Source: Polyangiales bacterium
GTDB taxonomy: Bacteria > Myxococcota_A > Polyangia > Polyangiales > JADJQN01
Assembly (NCBI GenBank): GCA_964202905.1
Contig: CAXNJO010000002.1
Location: 448,001-512,000 of the forward strand
Direction of reading: 5' to 3'
DNA length: 64,000 nucleotides
Shown here: positions 33,401-43,210 of the stretch, piece by piece
Layout: the number at the start of each line of letters is the position of its first letter
How positions within the stretch are numbered: position 1 is the stretch's first letter
Notes under the pieces: generated by a model
What the model saw: only the letters and a program-made list of their open reading frames with translations
What the model was told of the DNA's origin: nothing
Database searches by the model: none
Program-made: the position numbers and the translations under genes

Positions 33401-33830
33401 GCACATGCTCCGCCGCGCGGGCGGCACGGGCTGGTTCAACAGCCCGAACGACTGCTACTACAGCAACCGCACGCCGCTCTGGGACGCCGCCGGCACCGCC
33501 GACGACCCGCGCCTCGACATCGACGACACCAACGGCTTCGGCCCCGAGAACATCAACATCGACGTCCCCGTGACCGGCTCCACCTACGGCGTCGGCATCC
33601 ACTACTACTCGGGGACGCCGGCGACCTCGGTCGTGGTGAAGATCTACTGCGGCGACATCTCGACCACGCCCGTGCGCACCCTGACGCGTACGCTGACCGT
33701 CGGCGGGGCCGGGTCGGAGTCGAACGACTTCTGGCGCGTCGCCGACGTCGTCTGGAACGGCGGCGACTCGTGCACCGTCAACACGATCAACACGCTCACG
33801 ATCGCGTCGACGGCGCGCACCTCGCCTTGA
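30498..33830 (+). CDS. Large Cys-rich repeat lipoprotein with PKD-like and YfaP/DUF2135-like C-terminal domains
   Basis: AAAC lipobox; 11 units of about 70 aa plus a partial unit; LTGNGSDPDG...GVYTLRLTITDDEG; VTWNTATDIDTH...LDIDDTNGFGPENI. Confidence 0.9.
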   Translation: MTPTVRPASIWLAVLITTAAACGGAGDSGGGGMTRADGGPPRTDAGPTGMDGSTIGEDGGGSGADGGDVDAGPTDELCNGVDDDADGRVDEGCGCESGTTQACWPGDPSLAGVGLCLLGRQTCVDTGAEFGTWGACIGAEPPGTEACDARDNDCDGVVDDGCDCTAAETRPCYEGPAGTLGIGACRGGTERCASGAGGIGTAWGTCAGAVLPATELCDGIDNDCNGAVDEGCGCTDGTARDCYTGPAGTEGVGLCRAGRQYCSVDATGLAVWGACDGVALPGADTCNGIDDDCDGTADEDCLCPPGSVRSCYEGPAGTRGIGLCRAGTQACTLVTGGAGSDWAACTGERLPSEELCNGTDDDCDGLLDEGCSCRLGETRSCYSGPAGSVGYGMCRAGTQTCAAGSDGSPGWGPCGGERTPDPEVCFDGLDGDCDGVVDDGCVCREGTPRGCYAGPAETRGVGLCTDGVQTCALASGGAGADWGTCTGGRLPAGELCDGLDNDCDGTADEGCDCRPGERRGCYTGPAGTDGVGICAGGEQTCDVRPDGTASWSACAGAVLPGTEACNGRDDDCDGLNDEGCECDVGATRACYPGAAATRSVGLCADGVQSCVGSASGSSWAACTGAVEPALEVCDGRDNDCNGVVDEGCGCTPRTTRSCYAGPAGTPGVGLCREGVQTCALSADGTTSAWGDCAGSALPAPELCNGADDDCDGVIDDGCACVPGVTRSCYEGPAGTARVGLCRDGSQLCLSGAGGVGSSWGTCIGWLGPATELCDGADNDCDGVPDETCACAMGTSRGCYSGSPATRSVGVCRDGAQMCFFSGGSAGWGACAGESLPGVESCNGLDDDCDGIVDDGVCSVAPLAMCPAPATTRPLVPVTLTGNGSDPDGGVIAAWRWELVSTPVGATGTISAPSARTTQFTPNLVGVYTLRLTITDDEGQTATCTTTVTATGEGIRVEVTWNTATDIDTHMLRRAGGTGWFNSPNDCYYSNRTPLWDAAGTADDPRLDIDDTNGFGPENINIDVPVTGSTYGVGIHYYSGTPATSVVVKIYCGDISTTPVRTLTRTLTVGGAGSESNDFWRVADVVWNGGDSCTVNTINTLTIASTARTSP

Positions 33831-33930
33831 CCCGTCACCCCGCTGCGTCGCGCGTCTCGACCGCGGGGCGCGCAGGCGCAGCGGTGCGGCCAAGGATGTG
33901 CGCGGGCGGCCGGCGCATCGGCCCGCAGTC

Positions 33931-34812
33931 TCAGCGGCGCGCCGCGGCGAGCAGGGCTCGGGCGAGCGCGTCGGCGCCGTCCGCGGGCGGGGTCGTCACG
34001 TGGAGCGCCGCGCGCATGGCGCCGTCGTCGTGCGCGCGGCGGATCGGCACCCAGCGTGTGTTGCGCGCGAAGCCGAGGGTCTGCGCCTCCCAGAAGGTGT
34101 TGTAGCCGGGCGCGGCGACGAGCTGGTCGCCCTCGCGGAGGGCCCCGAGCCAGCGCGCTGCGGGAAACGGCGCGCCCGCGTCCGCGAGGTCGAGCGTGCG
34201 CCATCGCCCCGGGTCGAGGGCGCGCGCGGCGTCCTCGAGGACGGCGCGATCCTCGGGCAGCCCGGCGCGGACCACGAGACGGAGCGGGCGCGACGCGGGC
34301 TCGTCGAGCAGCGCGCAGAGCGCGTCCCGAGACACGACCTCCTCCGGCCGGGCGACGACGAGCGGCGACCAGGGCTCGAACGGCTCGAGGCCCGGCGCCG
34401 GCTCGATGGCGAGCACCCTCTCATAACGCGATGCGTCAAATCGCGCCTCCCGCGGCCCGACGAGCCACGCGGGGGGTACGGACCGGAGCAGCAGCCACGC
34501 GGGACACGGGAGCGGCACGAACACGAGCGGCACCCAGAAGACGTCGATCACGAGGACGTCGGGTGCGAACGCCGCGAGGGCCTGCGCGAGGGCGGTCGTG
34601 GGCGCGCGGGACCGATCGCGCAGGGCCGCCGGATCGATGGACACCGTCTCGAGCCACGGCGCCGCGCGGGCGGCGAACGGGGATGGCGGCGAGAAGATGC
34701 GGTAGTCGGCCTCGCCGTTCCGCGCGAGCGCGCGCCCGAGGGCGACGCCCCGCACGAGGTGCCCCGCGCCGGCGCTTCCCGCCGTGAAATAGGCGATCCG
34801 CGGCGTGGCCAC
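33931..34812 (-). CDS. Putative GT-B fold glycosyltransferase
   Basis: IAYFTAGSAGAGHLVRG; PDVLVIDVF; LVAAPGYNTFWE. Confidence 0.7.
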   Translation of the reverse strand: MATPRIAYFTAGSAGAGHLVRGVALGRALARNGEADYRIFSPPSPFAARAAPWLETVSIDPAALRDRSRAPTTALAQALAAFAPDVLVIDVFWVPLVFVPLPCPAWLLLRSVPPAWLVGPREARFDASRYERVLAIEPAPGLEPFEPWSPLVVARPEEVVSRDALCALLDEPASRPLRLVVRAGLPEDRAVLEDAARALDPGRWRTLDLADAGAPFPAARWLGALREGDQLVAAPGYNTFWEAQTLGFARNTRWVPIRRAHDDGAMRAALHVTTPPADGADALARALLAAARR

Positions 34813-34817
34813 GCGCC

Positions 34818-37205
34818 TCAGGACGACGCGCAGAAGTCGGCGAAGTCGAGGTCGCCGAGGTCGGTGCAGTCCGCTTCGGCGGCGCAGGAGACACCGGACA
34901 GGGGCGGCACGCTCACCGGAATGTCCCCGGCGAGGAACGGGCACGCGCCGGGCTCCGGCTCCTGGAAACGGAACAGACCGTCCGGCCCCGGGTCACCGTC
35001 GAGGCAGAAGCGTCCATCCTCGCGCGGACGCACGATCGCGACGTCGTCGACCGCGCGGACCTCGAGGGGAACGCGAAGCGGGACGCCCCCGCCGAGGAGG
35101 CGGCCACGGACGCAGGTCGCGAAGGTCTGGGTCGTGAGGACCTGCGGGCCGAGGTCGAGGCAGTCGGGGCCACCACACACCGCGACGGCGCCCGACGCAC
35201 GCGTCCGGAAGAAGGCGTGGTCGCGGCGGGTTCGCGTCTCGCGGACGATCTCGACGGTCGAGTCGAGGTCGCGCCGCGCCGACACGCAGAAGCTGCCATC
35301 GGCCGCCGTCTCGGTGCGCGTCGCACGCGCGCTGCCGACGGGCGCGGCACGCACGATGGCGCCGGCGACGGGGGCACCGCTCGCGTCGAGGGCGGTGCCC
35401 CGCAGGCAGCCCACGGTCTCCGCGACGAGGTCGGCCGACACGCACGTGGCCGGCGCGCCGCAGGAGCCCGCCGCCGCCGGGACCACGACGCCGCGCCGTT
35501 CCGCGGCCTCGGCGGCCGTGCCGTCCCGCTGGAAGCGGACGATGTCGTACACGCCGCCGGCCGGGACGGTCGCGCAGTACGTCCCGTCCGGCCCTGGGCG
35601 CGTGTAGGCCACGCCCAGGCGTCCGAGGATGGCCAACGGGTTGCGGTCGGGCGACTCGGCGAGCCCCGTGTACGTGCCCGCGATGCAGGCGTTCGCGCGC
35701 AGCGTGATGTCCCCGGCGTCGGCGCAGGACGGGCCGCCACAGCTCGCCTCGGACGACGGCGGCGTCTCGAACGCACTGCCGCGGATTGGGGCACCGCTCG
35801 CGTCGCGCCCCTCCACGAAGAGCCGTGATGGCAGCGCCCCCACCACGGGCACGCAGAACGTCCCGTCCGCACCGCTGCGGGTCGATGCAGTGCGACGGGA
35901 CGTCACGGCCAGCACATCGGCGTCCTCGACGGGCGCTCCCGCGACGTCGACGGCACGCCCGCGGACGCAGCCAACCGCCTGCGTGACGTCGAAGGTCAAC
36001 TCGCCGACGTCCGTGCAGACCCCGGGAGCGCCGGTGACGACGCGGGCCGAGGCGGGGCGCACGGCATCGACGAAGCGCGCGACGAGCTCGACGGTCGACG
36101 ACGCCCGCGCGAAGACGGTGAAGCGTCCGTCGCCGTCGATCGCGCCGTAGGCCGCGCCTGCATAGTCGACACCGACGGTGGCGATCGAGGCGAGCGCGGT
36201 CGCGAAGCCCGGGGACGCCAGCGCGCGCCCCGTGATGCAGGTGCGGGTCGCGGGTTGGTCGGCGTTCCACCAGGTGAAGTGCGGGACCGTCAGGCGATGC
36301 AGCAGCGCGCCCGAGCCCGGCTCGACCTCGAGCGCTGCGGTGCCCTCCTCCACCCAGAGCCCTTCGACCTCGTCGAAGGACCACATGGGTACGCGCGCGT
36401 CCTCGAGCGACGATGGGCCGGCAGGCAGCCGGAGGACCGCCTCCCGCCCGGCCGCGAGCTGGACGGGCGCGCCCGTCGCATCGTCGAAGAGCCGGACCTC
36501 GGCGGCGCCCCGGCTCTCGAGAAACACCTCCTCGCCCGTCGCGGCGCGTGCGGACATGTCTCCGGGAAACGCGAGGAACGCCTCGCCGACGAGCTCACCC
36601 CCGCCGAGCGTTGGGATCGCCGCGATGTCCATCCGGACGCGCGCCACGGCCGCTCCCGACGCGTCGACAACGCCGCCGGCCGGCAACTCGACACCGACGA
36701 GCGCGCCGCCTGTCCCGCAGGGCGTGACGGGCCGAACCCGCTCGCCCGCGGAGAGATCGAGCACGGTCCGGCAGCCGCGGAGGAGACGGGCGTCGATGCG
36801 CGCGACGCCGCCCGGCGCCACGTTGACCACGAGGTCGGAACTCGAGAAGACCGCCCCCGTCCCGGGCGGCTCGACGTGCACCAACACCCGCGCCCCGGAC
36901 GGGACGTCCGTGAGTTCGAACGACCCGTCCGCGCCGGTCACCGCGCGCGGCCCGCCCCCCACGGAGACCGTGCACCCCGCGATCGGCGCAGCGTCGAGCG
37001 TGAGCGCCTCGAACACCCGCCCGGACACGCGCCCGAATCCGCCCGACCCCGCATCCGTCGCGGCGTCGGGCGGCCCGCCATCGGGCGTTGCGGCGTCGAC
37101 GGGCGCGCCCGCGTCGACGGGCGTGGCGTCCTCGTCGCCGCACGCGGCGAGCACGAGACCGGTGAGCAGAGCGAGGCCGAAGAGACAAGCGCGTCGTGCG
37201 AGCAT
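34818..37205 (-). CDS. Lipoprotein with carboxypeptidase-regulatory-like (Ig) repeats and an HFT motif domain
   Basis: LAAC lipobox; repeated CxRGxAxDxxGAPVxxA...TxADGxFC; WSFDEVEGLWVEEG...VPHFTWWNAD. Confidence 0.8.
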   Translation of the reverse strand: MLARRACLFGLALLTGLVLAACGDEDATPVDAGAPVDAATPDGGPPDAATDAGSGGFGRVSGRVFEALTLDAAPIAGCTVSVGGGPRAVTGADGSFELTDVPSGARVLVHVEPPGTGAVFSSSDLVVNVAPGGVARIDARLLRGCRTVLDLSAGERVRPVTPCGTGGALVGVELPAGGVVDASGAAVARVRMDIAAIPTLGGGELVGEAFLAFPGDMSARAATGEEVFLESRGAAEVRLFDDATGAPVQLAAGREAVLRLPAGPSSLEDARVPMWSFDEVEGLWVEEGTAALEVEPGSGALLHRLTVPHFTWWNADQPATRTCITGRALASPGFATALASIATVGVDYAGAAYGAIDGDGRFTVFARASSTVELVARFVDAVRPASARVVTGAPGVCTDVGELTFDVTQAVGCVRGRAVDVAGAPVEDADVLAVTSRRTASTRSGADGTFCVPVVGALPSRLFVEGRDASGAPIRGSAFETPPSSEASCGGPSCADAGDITLRANACIAGTYTGLAESPDRNPLAILGRLGVAYTRPGPDGTYCATVPAGGVYDIVRFQRDGTAAEAAERRGVVVPAAAGSCGAPATCVSADLVAETVGCLRGTALDASGAPVAGAIVRAAPVGSARATRTETAADGSFCVSARRDLDSTVEIVRETRTRRDHAFFRTRASGAVAVCGGPDCLDLGPQVLTTQTFATCVRGRLLGGGVPLRVPLEVRAVDDVAIVRPREDGRFCLDGDPGPDGLFRFQEPEPGACPFLAGDIPVSVPPLSGVSCAAEADCTDLGDLDFADFCASS

Positions 37206-37354
37206 GCCGCGCGGTAGCGTCCGACCTCGCGCATGTCAACGCCGTTCCACGGCGGAGCGTCGTCACGCCGCCTGCGCCTCGAAGCGCGCCGCGAGGACGC
37301 CTACACGCGTGTCGTTCGCGGGCACGGTCCTGCGTCTCCGTTATCCTCTCGGCC

Positions 37355-37975
37355 GTGCAGACGAACGTCGAGGGCTACTTCACCGAAGGCTGCGGGCGCT
37401 GCACGAAGTTCCGCACGCCCGCGTGCAAGGTGCACCGCTTCCCCGAGGGGCTCGCAGCGCTGCGCGCGCTGCTCCTCGACGCCGACCTCACCGAGACCAT
37501 CAAGTGGGGCGCGCCCTGCTACACGCACGACGGTCGGAACGTGGCGATGCTCGTCACGCTCATGGACTCGTTCGGTCTGAGCTTCTTCGGGGGCGCTGCG
37601 CTCGACGACGCCGACGGCCTGCTCGAGCTGCCCGGCCCGAACTCGCGCATCGGGCGTGTCGTGCGCTTCCGCTCGAGCAACGCATTCATGGCGCGCCGCG
37701 CCGCGACGAAACGACTCGTCGCGCAGGCCGTCGAGCTCGCGCGCACCGGCACGCGCGTCGCGCGAAACGCGGAGCCTGAATCACTCCCGGACGAACTCGC
37801 GGCCCATCTCGCGGGAGACGCCGCCCTCGCGCGCGCCTTCGCCGCGCTGACGCCCGGGCGCCAGCGCAGCCACATCCTCCACGTGCGCGGCGCGAAGCAG
37901 GCCGAGACACGCGTACGGCGCGCGGCGCAATGCGCGCCGGACATCCTCGCGGGCCGCGGTTATCGCGAGCGCTGA
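37355..37975 (+). CDS. YdeI/OmpD-associated family protein
   Basis: EGCGRC, ETIKWGAPCY, LPDEL, FAALTPGRQR, AKQAETRVRR. Confidence 0.9.
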   Translation: MQTNVEGYFTEGCGRCTKFRTPACKVHRFPEGLAALRALLLDADLTETIKWGAPCYTHDGRNVAMLVTLMDSFGLSFFGGAALDDADGLLELPGPNSRIGRVVRFRSSNAFMARRAATKRLVAQAVELARTGTRVARNAEPESLPDELAAHLAGDAALARAFAALTPGRQRSHILHVRGAKQAETRVRRAAQCAPDILAGRGYRER

Positions 37976-38087
37976 GCGGTACGCAGCGCGACGGCGCGAT
38001 GAGTTCCTGGTCCCCTGCGAACGCTACGTCGCGCGACGGGACCCAACGTGGCTCGACGTGATCGTGGGATACCCGCCGCCTCCCCCG

Positions 38088-39372
38088 CTACGGCGTCGGC
38101 TGAAAGCGCTCGAACCACGCGATGTCGCGTTGGATGTAGTCGGCGTACATCGGTTGCTCGGCGCGCATGACCTTCACCTGGAAGCGAATGGCGCCGAGCG
38201 AACCCGTCTCTGCAACGATCGCGGGAAACTGAGGGGGATTCATCGACACGAAGACGCCGATGGCGTCGCCATCCCGGTTGAAAAAACCATCCGCGTTCAC
38301 GAACCCCGCTGCGCGCAGCTCAGCCGCCATCGCGCGGGAGGTCTCGCGCGAAATTCCGGCGATGCGGCTGAAGCGCTCGTCGTACAAGGGTGATGGTGGG
38401 TGCTCGACGTAGTCCGTCGCGATGCCGCGACTGGCGAGCATGCGAGAGTTCGTGCGCGCCTCGCTGTTCGAGACCTCGGGATTGTCTTCGTTGCCGCACA
38501 TGAACCAAGCCGATGGCGTGGTCGACATGGGCCCGGAGCGTGCCGCCGTGGCGTCCGCGCAGTAGCTGCGCCACGGCGGCAAAGCGCAGCCGCGGGAAGT
38601 CACCCGCCGCAGCGCTCGCGCCGACGGTCCCGAGGAAGTGGCTGAACGAGCCGCCCGCGGACATGCCGAGCGCAAACTTCGGTAGGCCTGCGGGCACGAG
38701 GCCACGCGTCTCGAAGCTCGCGAAGAGCATCTCGAGGTTCCGGAGATCGACGTTGTCCGCACGAAAGACGGCGGCGCTTGCGAACCATCGCTCCTTGCCG
38801 TCGCCATTCAGGTCTCCCGCGACGGCCTCTTCCGCTTCGGTGCCCATCACGCCATACCCGGCGCGCACGAGCGCGACGGCCAGCGCAAAGGGCTCGGTGC
38901 CCTCGATGAAGGTGTTGGAGCCACCGGTGCCGTGGCTGAAGAGCACGACGCCGCGCATGTCGGCGGGGAAGTGATAGCGCACGGTCTTCGGCCGACTCGT
39001 GCTGCCGAGAAACGTCTCCACCAGGAGCGTGAGCGGCTGAGGCTCGCTGACCGCCACGAGGCGCACATCCCGCTCAGGCATCACGAAGCTCGTGTGCCAC
39101 TCCGAGGGTTCGGCCAGCAGAGAGGCGTCACCCTCCCAGGGCCGTGCGACCTCGGCCGTGGCCGAGGCCGCCTACCACACATGCACCGTCGTGCCTGCGC
39201 GATACGTGCCGGAGCCGTATCCGCCCACGACCTCCACCGTGAAGGGATCCCCCGCATCCGCGGGTGCGCCGGAATCTGCACCGTGGCCGTGTCCTCCCGG
39301 CGCCCCTCCACAGGCCGCGACGCAGACGAGTCCGAGCCAGCAGGCCGAGAATGGGATTCTGAATGTCATCAT
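38088..39372 (-). pseudogene. Alpha/beta-hydrolase lipoprotein interrupted by in-frame TAG (39172-39174) and a frameshift near 38565
   Basis: VAAC lipobox; FSHGTGGS; LGMSAGG nucleophile elbow; three ORF pieces join into one gene. Confidence 0.75.
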
Positions 39373-39515
39373 CGATGTACCCCCAATGCCATGGAAACGA
39401 GGACTGTTGTCTCCCACGCAGCACTCTCACACACCGACCTTACGGAGACCTGAACGAGCCGCGCCGCCCATCATGTGAGGCGTGCGGCGCACGTGCCGAC
39501 GTGCGACGCGACAAC

Positions 39516-40112
39516 TCAGCGTCCGGCGCCGATGCGACGCGCGCGGGCCTCGACCTCGCGCAGCCACGCCTCGCGACGCGCCGGCGTCGTGCGCTTGAGC
39601 CGCGCGAGGAAATGCCGCCGCACGCTGCGCACGCCGCAGTACCAGAACACGGCGAGATACACCGACACGAAGCCCGGATCGAAGAGCCCGACGAGCGCGG
39701 GCGCGTCGAGCGTGTAGAAGAGATGCACGGTCTTCCCGCGCAGCAGCCCCCGCGGAAACACCGCGTTCTCAGGCCGCCCCTCGTAGGTGTAAGCCACGCC
39801 CGAGACGATCACGCGATCGACGAAGCCCTTGAGCATCGCGGGGAATCCGCCCCACCACATCGGATAGACGAACACGAGCACGTCGCACCACGTGAGCAGC
39901 GCGCGGTGACGCTCCGTCTCGGCGACCTTGTCGAGCTCGCGACGCCGCCGCGTCTCGTCGACGACGAGCGCCGGGTCGAAGCCCTCGGCGTAGAGGTCGA
40001 GGACTTCGACGCTCGCGCCGCCCGCGCGGAGCCCGGACGACACCGCCGTCATCACCGCGTGCGTGAAGCTCTTCAAGTTCGGGTGGCAGTAGACGACGAG
40101 GACCTTGCGCAT
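39516..40112 (-). CDS. NAD(P)H-dependent oxidoreductase (flavodoxin-2 / quinone reductase family)
   Basis: KVLVVYCHPNLKSF, DLYAEGFDP, YPMWWGGFPAMLKGFVDRV. Confidence 0.92.
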   Translation of the reverse strand: MRKVLVVYCHPNLKSFTHAVMTAVSSGLRAGGASVEVLDLYAEGFDPALVVDETRRRRELDKVAETERHRALLTWCDVLVFVYPMWWGGFPAMLKGFVDRVIVSGVAYTYEGRPENAVFPRGLLRGKTVHLFYTLDAPALVGLFDPGFVSVYLAVFWYCGVRSVRRHFLARLKRTTPARREAWLREVEARARRIGAGR

Positions 40113-40229
40113 GGGTCGCGCAGCGTAGCCCGCGCGACGCGGCGTCACGAGGCGGGCGCGCAGCGGCGACGGGTGCGCCTCAGCGCTCCGACGGGTCGCT
40201 CGAACGCCAGCCGCACTCCTCGAGGCGCG

Positions 40230-40870
40230 TGTAGAGCGTCTTGCGATCGACCTGTACAACCGCACCCGGAGGCTCGCTGCCGGCTGCTTTGCCATCGTGC
40301 GCTCGAAGCGCGCGGGTTCATGTTGCCCTGCGCCGAGCGTCGGCGCTCTAGGTTGTCGATGACCTCGAGGTAGTCGAACAACTTCGTCTTCGCGTCCGCG
40401 TGCGAGTCGAAGCGCTCGCCGAGCTCGAACTTCACGGCGGAGAAGAAGCTCCCCAACACAGCATTGCCGTCGCAGTGGCCCCGGCGACTCATGCTGCATG
40501 TCAGCCCGTTTTGGCGCAGCCGTCGTGGGTCGTCGCTGGCGTACGGGCTGCCCTGGTCGCTGTGATGCAGCAGGTCACCGCCCGGCCGCCGGTGCTGCGG
40601 CGCCGCACGGAGCGCCCTCATCACGATGTGACGGTCGTTCGCGGCGCTGGTCGCCCAGCCAACGACGAGGCGCGAATGAAGGCCGAGCAGGGCAGCGAGG
40701 AACCGTCTCGCAGCGCCGAATCCGTGAGGTCGAGATTCTTCGCGACCTGCGTGACGCTGCCGCTCTCCTTGAGAGCCAGGGCGACCGCCCCGGCCCTGAA
40801 CTCGTCGCTGAAACGACGCCGCGCGCGACGTGCCTTGCCCGACACGTGAAGATTGTGCCGCGCGGCACGC
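40230..40870 (-). mobile_element. Internally deleted IS3-family remnant
   Basis: orfA piece RRRFSDEFRAGAV...VTQVAKNLDL joined to orfB piece SRLVVGWA...HHSDQGSPYAS...SMSRRGHCDGNAV. Confidence 0.85.
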
Positions 40871-40900
40871 TCGCATGGCGCTCGGCGAGGATGCACCGTC

Positions 40901-41425
40901 ATGGAGCACGACCGAAGCGGCGATCGGACGGGCCATACGCCCTGAGCCACACGGCATCCCGGCGATCCAGGAGGGCGTCTCCGACGGTCGCTTGGTCGAG
41001 CCGCTGGTGCGGCAGGTCAGCGCGAAGTCGAGCTGAACACGCTGGCAAGCGATTCGGCGATCCGCATCGCGCGCGCATCGCCCGCCGACGGCGAGAGGTG
41101 GAATGCGATCCGCGACACGGCGAGACCGCGCGAGAGTCTCTGCGTGCCGACGGGCTCGCGGCCCGCGACGAGGTGTGTGTCGGGCGCGGCGTGGACGTGC
41201 TGCCGACGCTCGAACCAAACGGGCCGTCCGACGTCGTGTTCGTCGCCGCCGACAAGACGAGCTACGACTGCGCACGGGCGCTGGGCCGCCGCGCATCCAC
41301 GTCCGAGAGACCCCCTTCTCGACGACAAGGTGCACCTCTTCGGCGAACTGCTCGCCGGCACCCCGTTGGCGCAGACGCTGCGACGCTTTCACGAAGACGC
41401 CCGAGCGCTCTTCGAGACCGTGTGA
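40901..41425 (+). pseudogene. Degraded O-methyltransferase
   Basis: GIPAIQEGVSDGRLVE; VECDPRHGETARESL...LPTLEPNGPSDVVFVAADK; multiple frameshifts and stops. Confidence 0.6.
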
Positions 41426-41510
41426 ATCCCTACGCCTGACGGACTGCTGGTCGGCGTGAAGCGCTGATGTGGCCGGCGACGAACCCGCGCAATCCATGTA
41501 GGCTCACGCG

Positions 41511-42866
41511 ATGGTTGATCGACTCGAACTCGGAGTGGTCGTGGCGATGCGCGCAGAGGCGTTTTCCTATGTCCGGATCGACGCTCCTGGATTTTTTACC
41601 CCCGCGCAGCTCGTCACCGCCCTCTCGGACTCTCGTCTCGGCGAGTTCCTTCGCGGCAGTCGTCGCACGTCGGTGTTGCTGAATGCTTCGCTGGCCGAGC
41701 GGATCGGCACCGACGACACCGACTGGCTCGGCGCGACGTGGGCGCCGATGATCGCCAGTATCGGGGTCCGCAAGCTCGCGTTGGTGTCGCCAGAGCCTAT
41801 CCATCAGCTGTTTGGTCAGGTGTTTCAGCTCGCCGCGCGGAAGGCGGCCGGCGCCGGGATCGAACTGCGCTGCTTCCCAAGCGGGCAGTTCCACCAAACG
41901 TGGGAGTCGGTGACGTGGTTCGACGACCCGGGCGGCGCGGGCGGCGCAGCCGGCGCAGGCGGGGCGCCAGTCGTCGAGTCGCGCGCGCCCTCGCTGCGCG
42001 GCAGTATCGAGGTCGCGGTGCCGCGCGATCACTGGAGCGCGGTGTTCGCGTCTGCGGCCGCCGGTGGCGCGGTGACGGGAGCCGCAACGATGTCCGCTTG
42101 GCTGGGCATGGTCCGCTCGCTGGGACTCGCGGAGGTGATGTTCGAACCCTCGATGTTGCTCCCGGCAGCGCTCGTTGGCGTCGTGAGCGGGCTCGCTGGT
42201 ACGTATGTGGTGCTGCTGCTGCGCGACTGGCCGCGCACGCGCATCGGCTGGGGTGAACAGACCATCATCGAGTACGTGGGCGAGCGTGCGCGCACAACCG
42301 TCGACCGCGCGCGGATGCGCGCGGTGTGGACGTTTTCCAGGGTGCAGTTCGTCCGCAACAGGCGCGCGATCCGGAGCGGGATCGGAGGGCGCATGTTGCA
42401 GCTCTCGGACGGCAGCGGGCCGACGATCACGGTGGCGGAGGGCGAATTTCGGGCGCCTTGGCTGCGCAATCAGCCCTGCCAGGTCACCTCGCTCGATCCG
42501 TTGCTCGCCCTCGTGCCATCGGCTGCCGAGGGCGCGATCGTGCCCTCCGATCGGGCCTACCATCATCGCACGTCGGTATTCTTCGGGCTTCTCGCCGTGA
42601 TGGCCTATGGCGCGTTCTGCGCCGGGATCGTCTTGACCAACACGCGCACCGAGGTCGCCGCCGCCGCGTTCTCGTTCCTCGTCGGCGCGGCGCTCTTCGG
42701 CCTACGCGCCCTCTGGCCCACCGCGCGTCTATGTCGTCGGGCGCCGGGGGGGCGCCTCGCGGCCGGCGCTGAGCTCGTGCTTCGACTCTTTGCGACCACG
42801 CTCGTTGGCGTGCCGCCCATGGCGTGGCTGCTGATTGAGTTGGTCAATTCTGCGATGCGTCATTGA
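41511..42866 (+). CDS. Membrane protein with N-terminal STAS/SpoIIAA-like domain
   Basis: DTDWLGATWAPMIASIGVRKLALV...ELRCF; several TM helices. Confidence 0.6.
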   Translation: MVDRLELGVVVAMRAEAFSYVRIDAPGFFTPAQLVTALSDSRLGEFLRGSRRTSVLLNASLAERIGTDDTDWLGATWAPMIASIGVRKLALVSPEPIHQLFGQVFQLAARKAAGAGIELRCFPSGQFHQTWESVTWFDDPGGAGGAAGAGGAPVVESRAPSLRGSIEVAVPRDHWSAVFASAAAGGAVTGAATMSAWLGMVRSLGLAEVMFEPSMLLPAALVGVVSGLAGTYVVLLLRDWPRTRIGWGEQTIIEYVGERARTTVDRARMRAVWTFSRVQFVRNRRAIRSGIGGRMLQLSDGSGPTITVAEGEFRAPWLRNQPCQVTSLDPLLALVPSAAEGAIVPSDRAYHHRTSVFFGLLAVMAYGAFCAGIVLTNTRTEVAAAAFSFLVGAALFGLRALWPTARLCRRAPGGRLAAGAELVLRLFATTLVGVPPMAWLLIELVNSAMRH

Positions 42867-42884
42867 CTCGAGGGCTCGATAGAT

Positions 42885-43135
42885 TGACCTGCCCTCGATA
42901 TTTCGGACCACTGGCGATGTGAGAAGACGAGCTCCCCGACAGACCGGGAGGGCACAGCTGCGCAAGAGCGGGTTCACGGACGAGCAGAGGATGAAGATGT
43001 TTCGCGAGGCCGAGCGGACATCCGTCGGCGAGGTCGCGAAGAAGCACGGTGTCAGCGAGCAGCCGGTGTACGCGTGGCGCAAGCGCTTCGGCGGCATGGA
43101 GGTCGGCGACGCGAAGCGGCTGAAGGCGCTCGAGT
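42885..43135 (+). mobile_element. IS3-family left end and orfA fragment
   Basis: TG-initiated end TGACCTGCCCTCGATATTTCGGACCA; RKSGFTDEQ...EVAKKHGVSEQPVYAWRKRFGGMEVGDAKRLKALE. Confidence 0.85.
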
Positions 43136-43210
43136 TCGACTTTGGTGCGCGCGTCGATGCGCACGCGCTGCCCGCGATCCCCGCGCGGCATCGTGTACCC
43201 TCACGCCGCG

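Noticed and set aside
29910..33893. 1327-aa minus-strand ORF and other long Arg/Ala-rich ORFs
   Set aside because: These are high-GC shadow frames. Only its last part (30332 to ~30150) is the real N-terminus of the NIDO-like gene.
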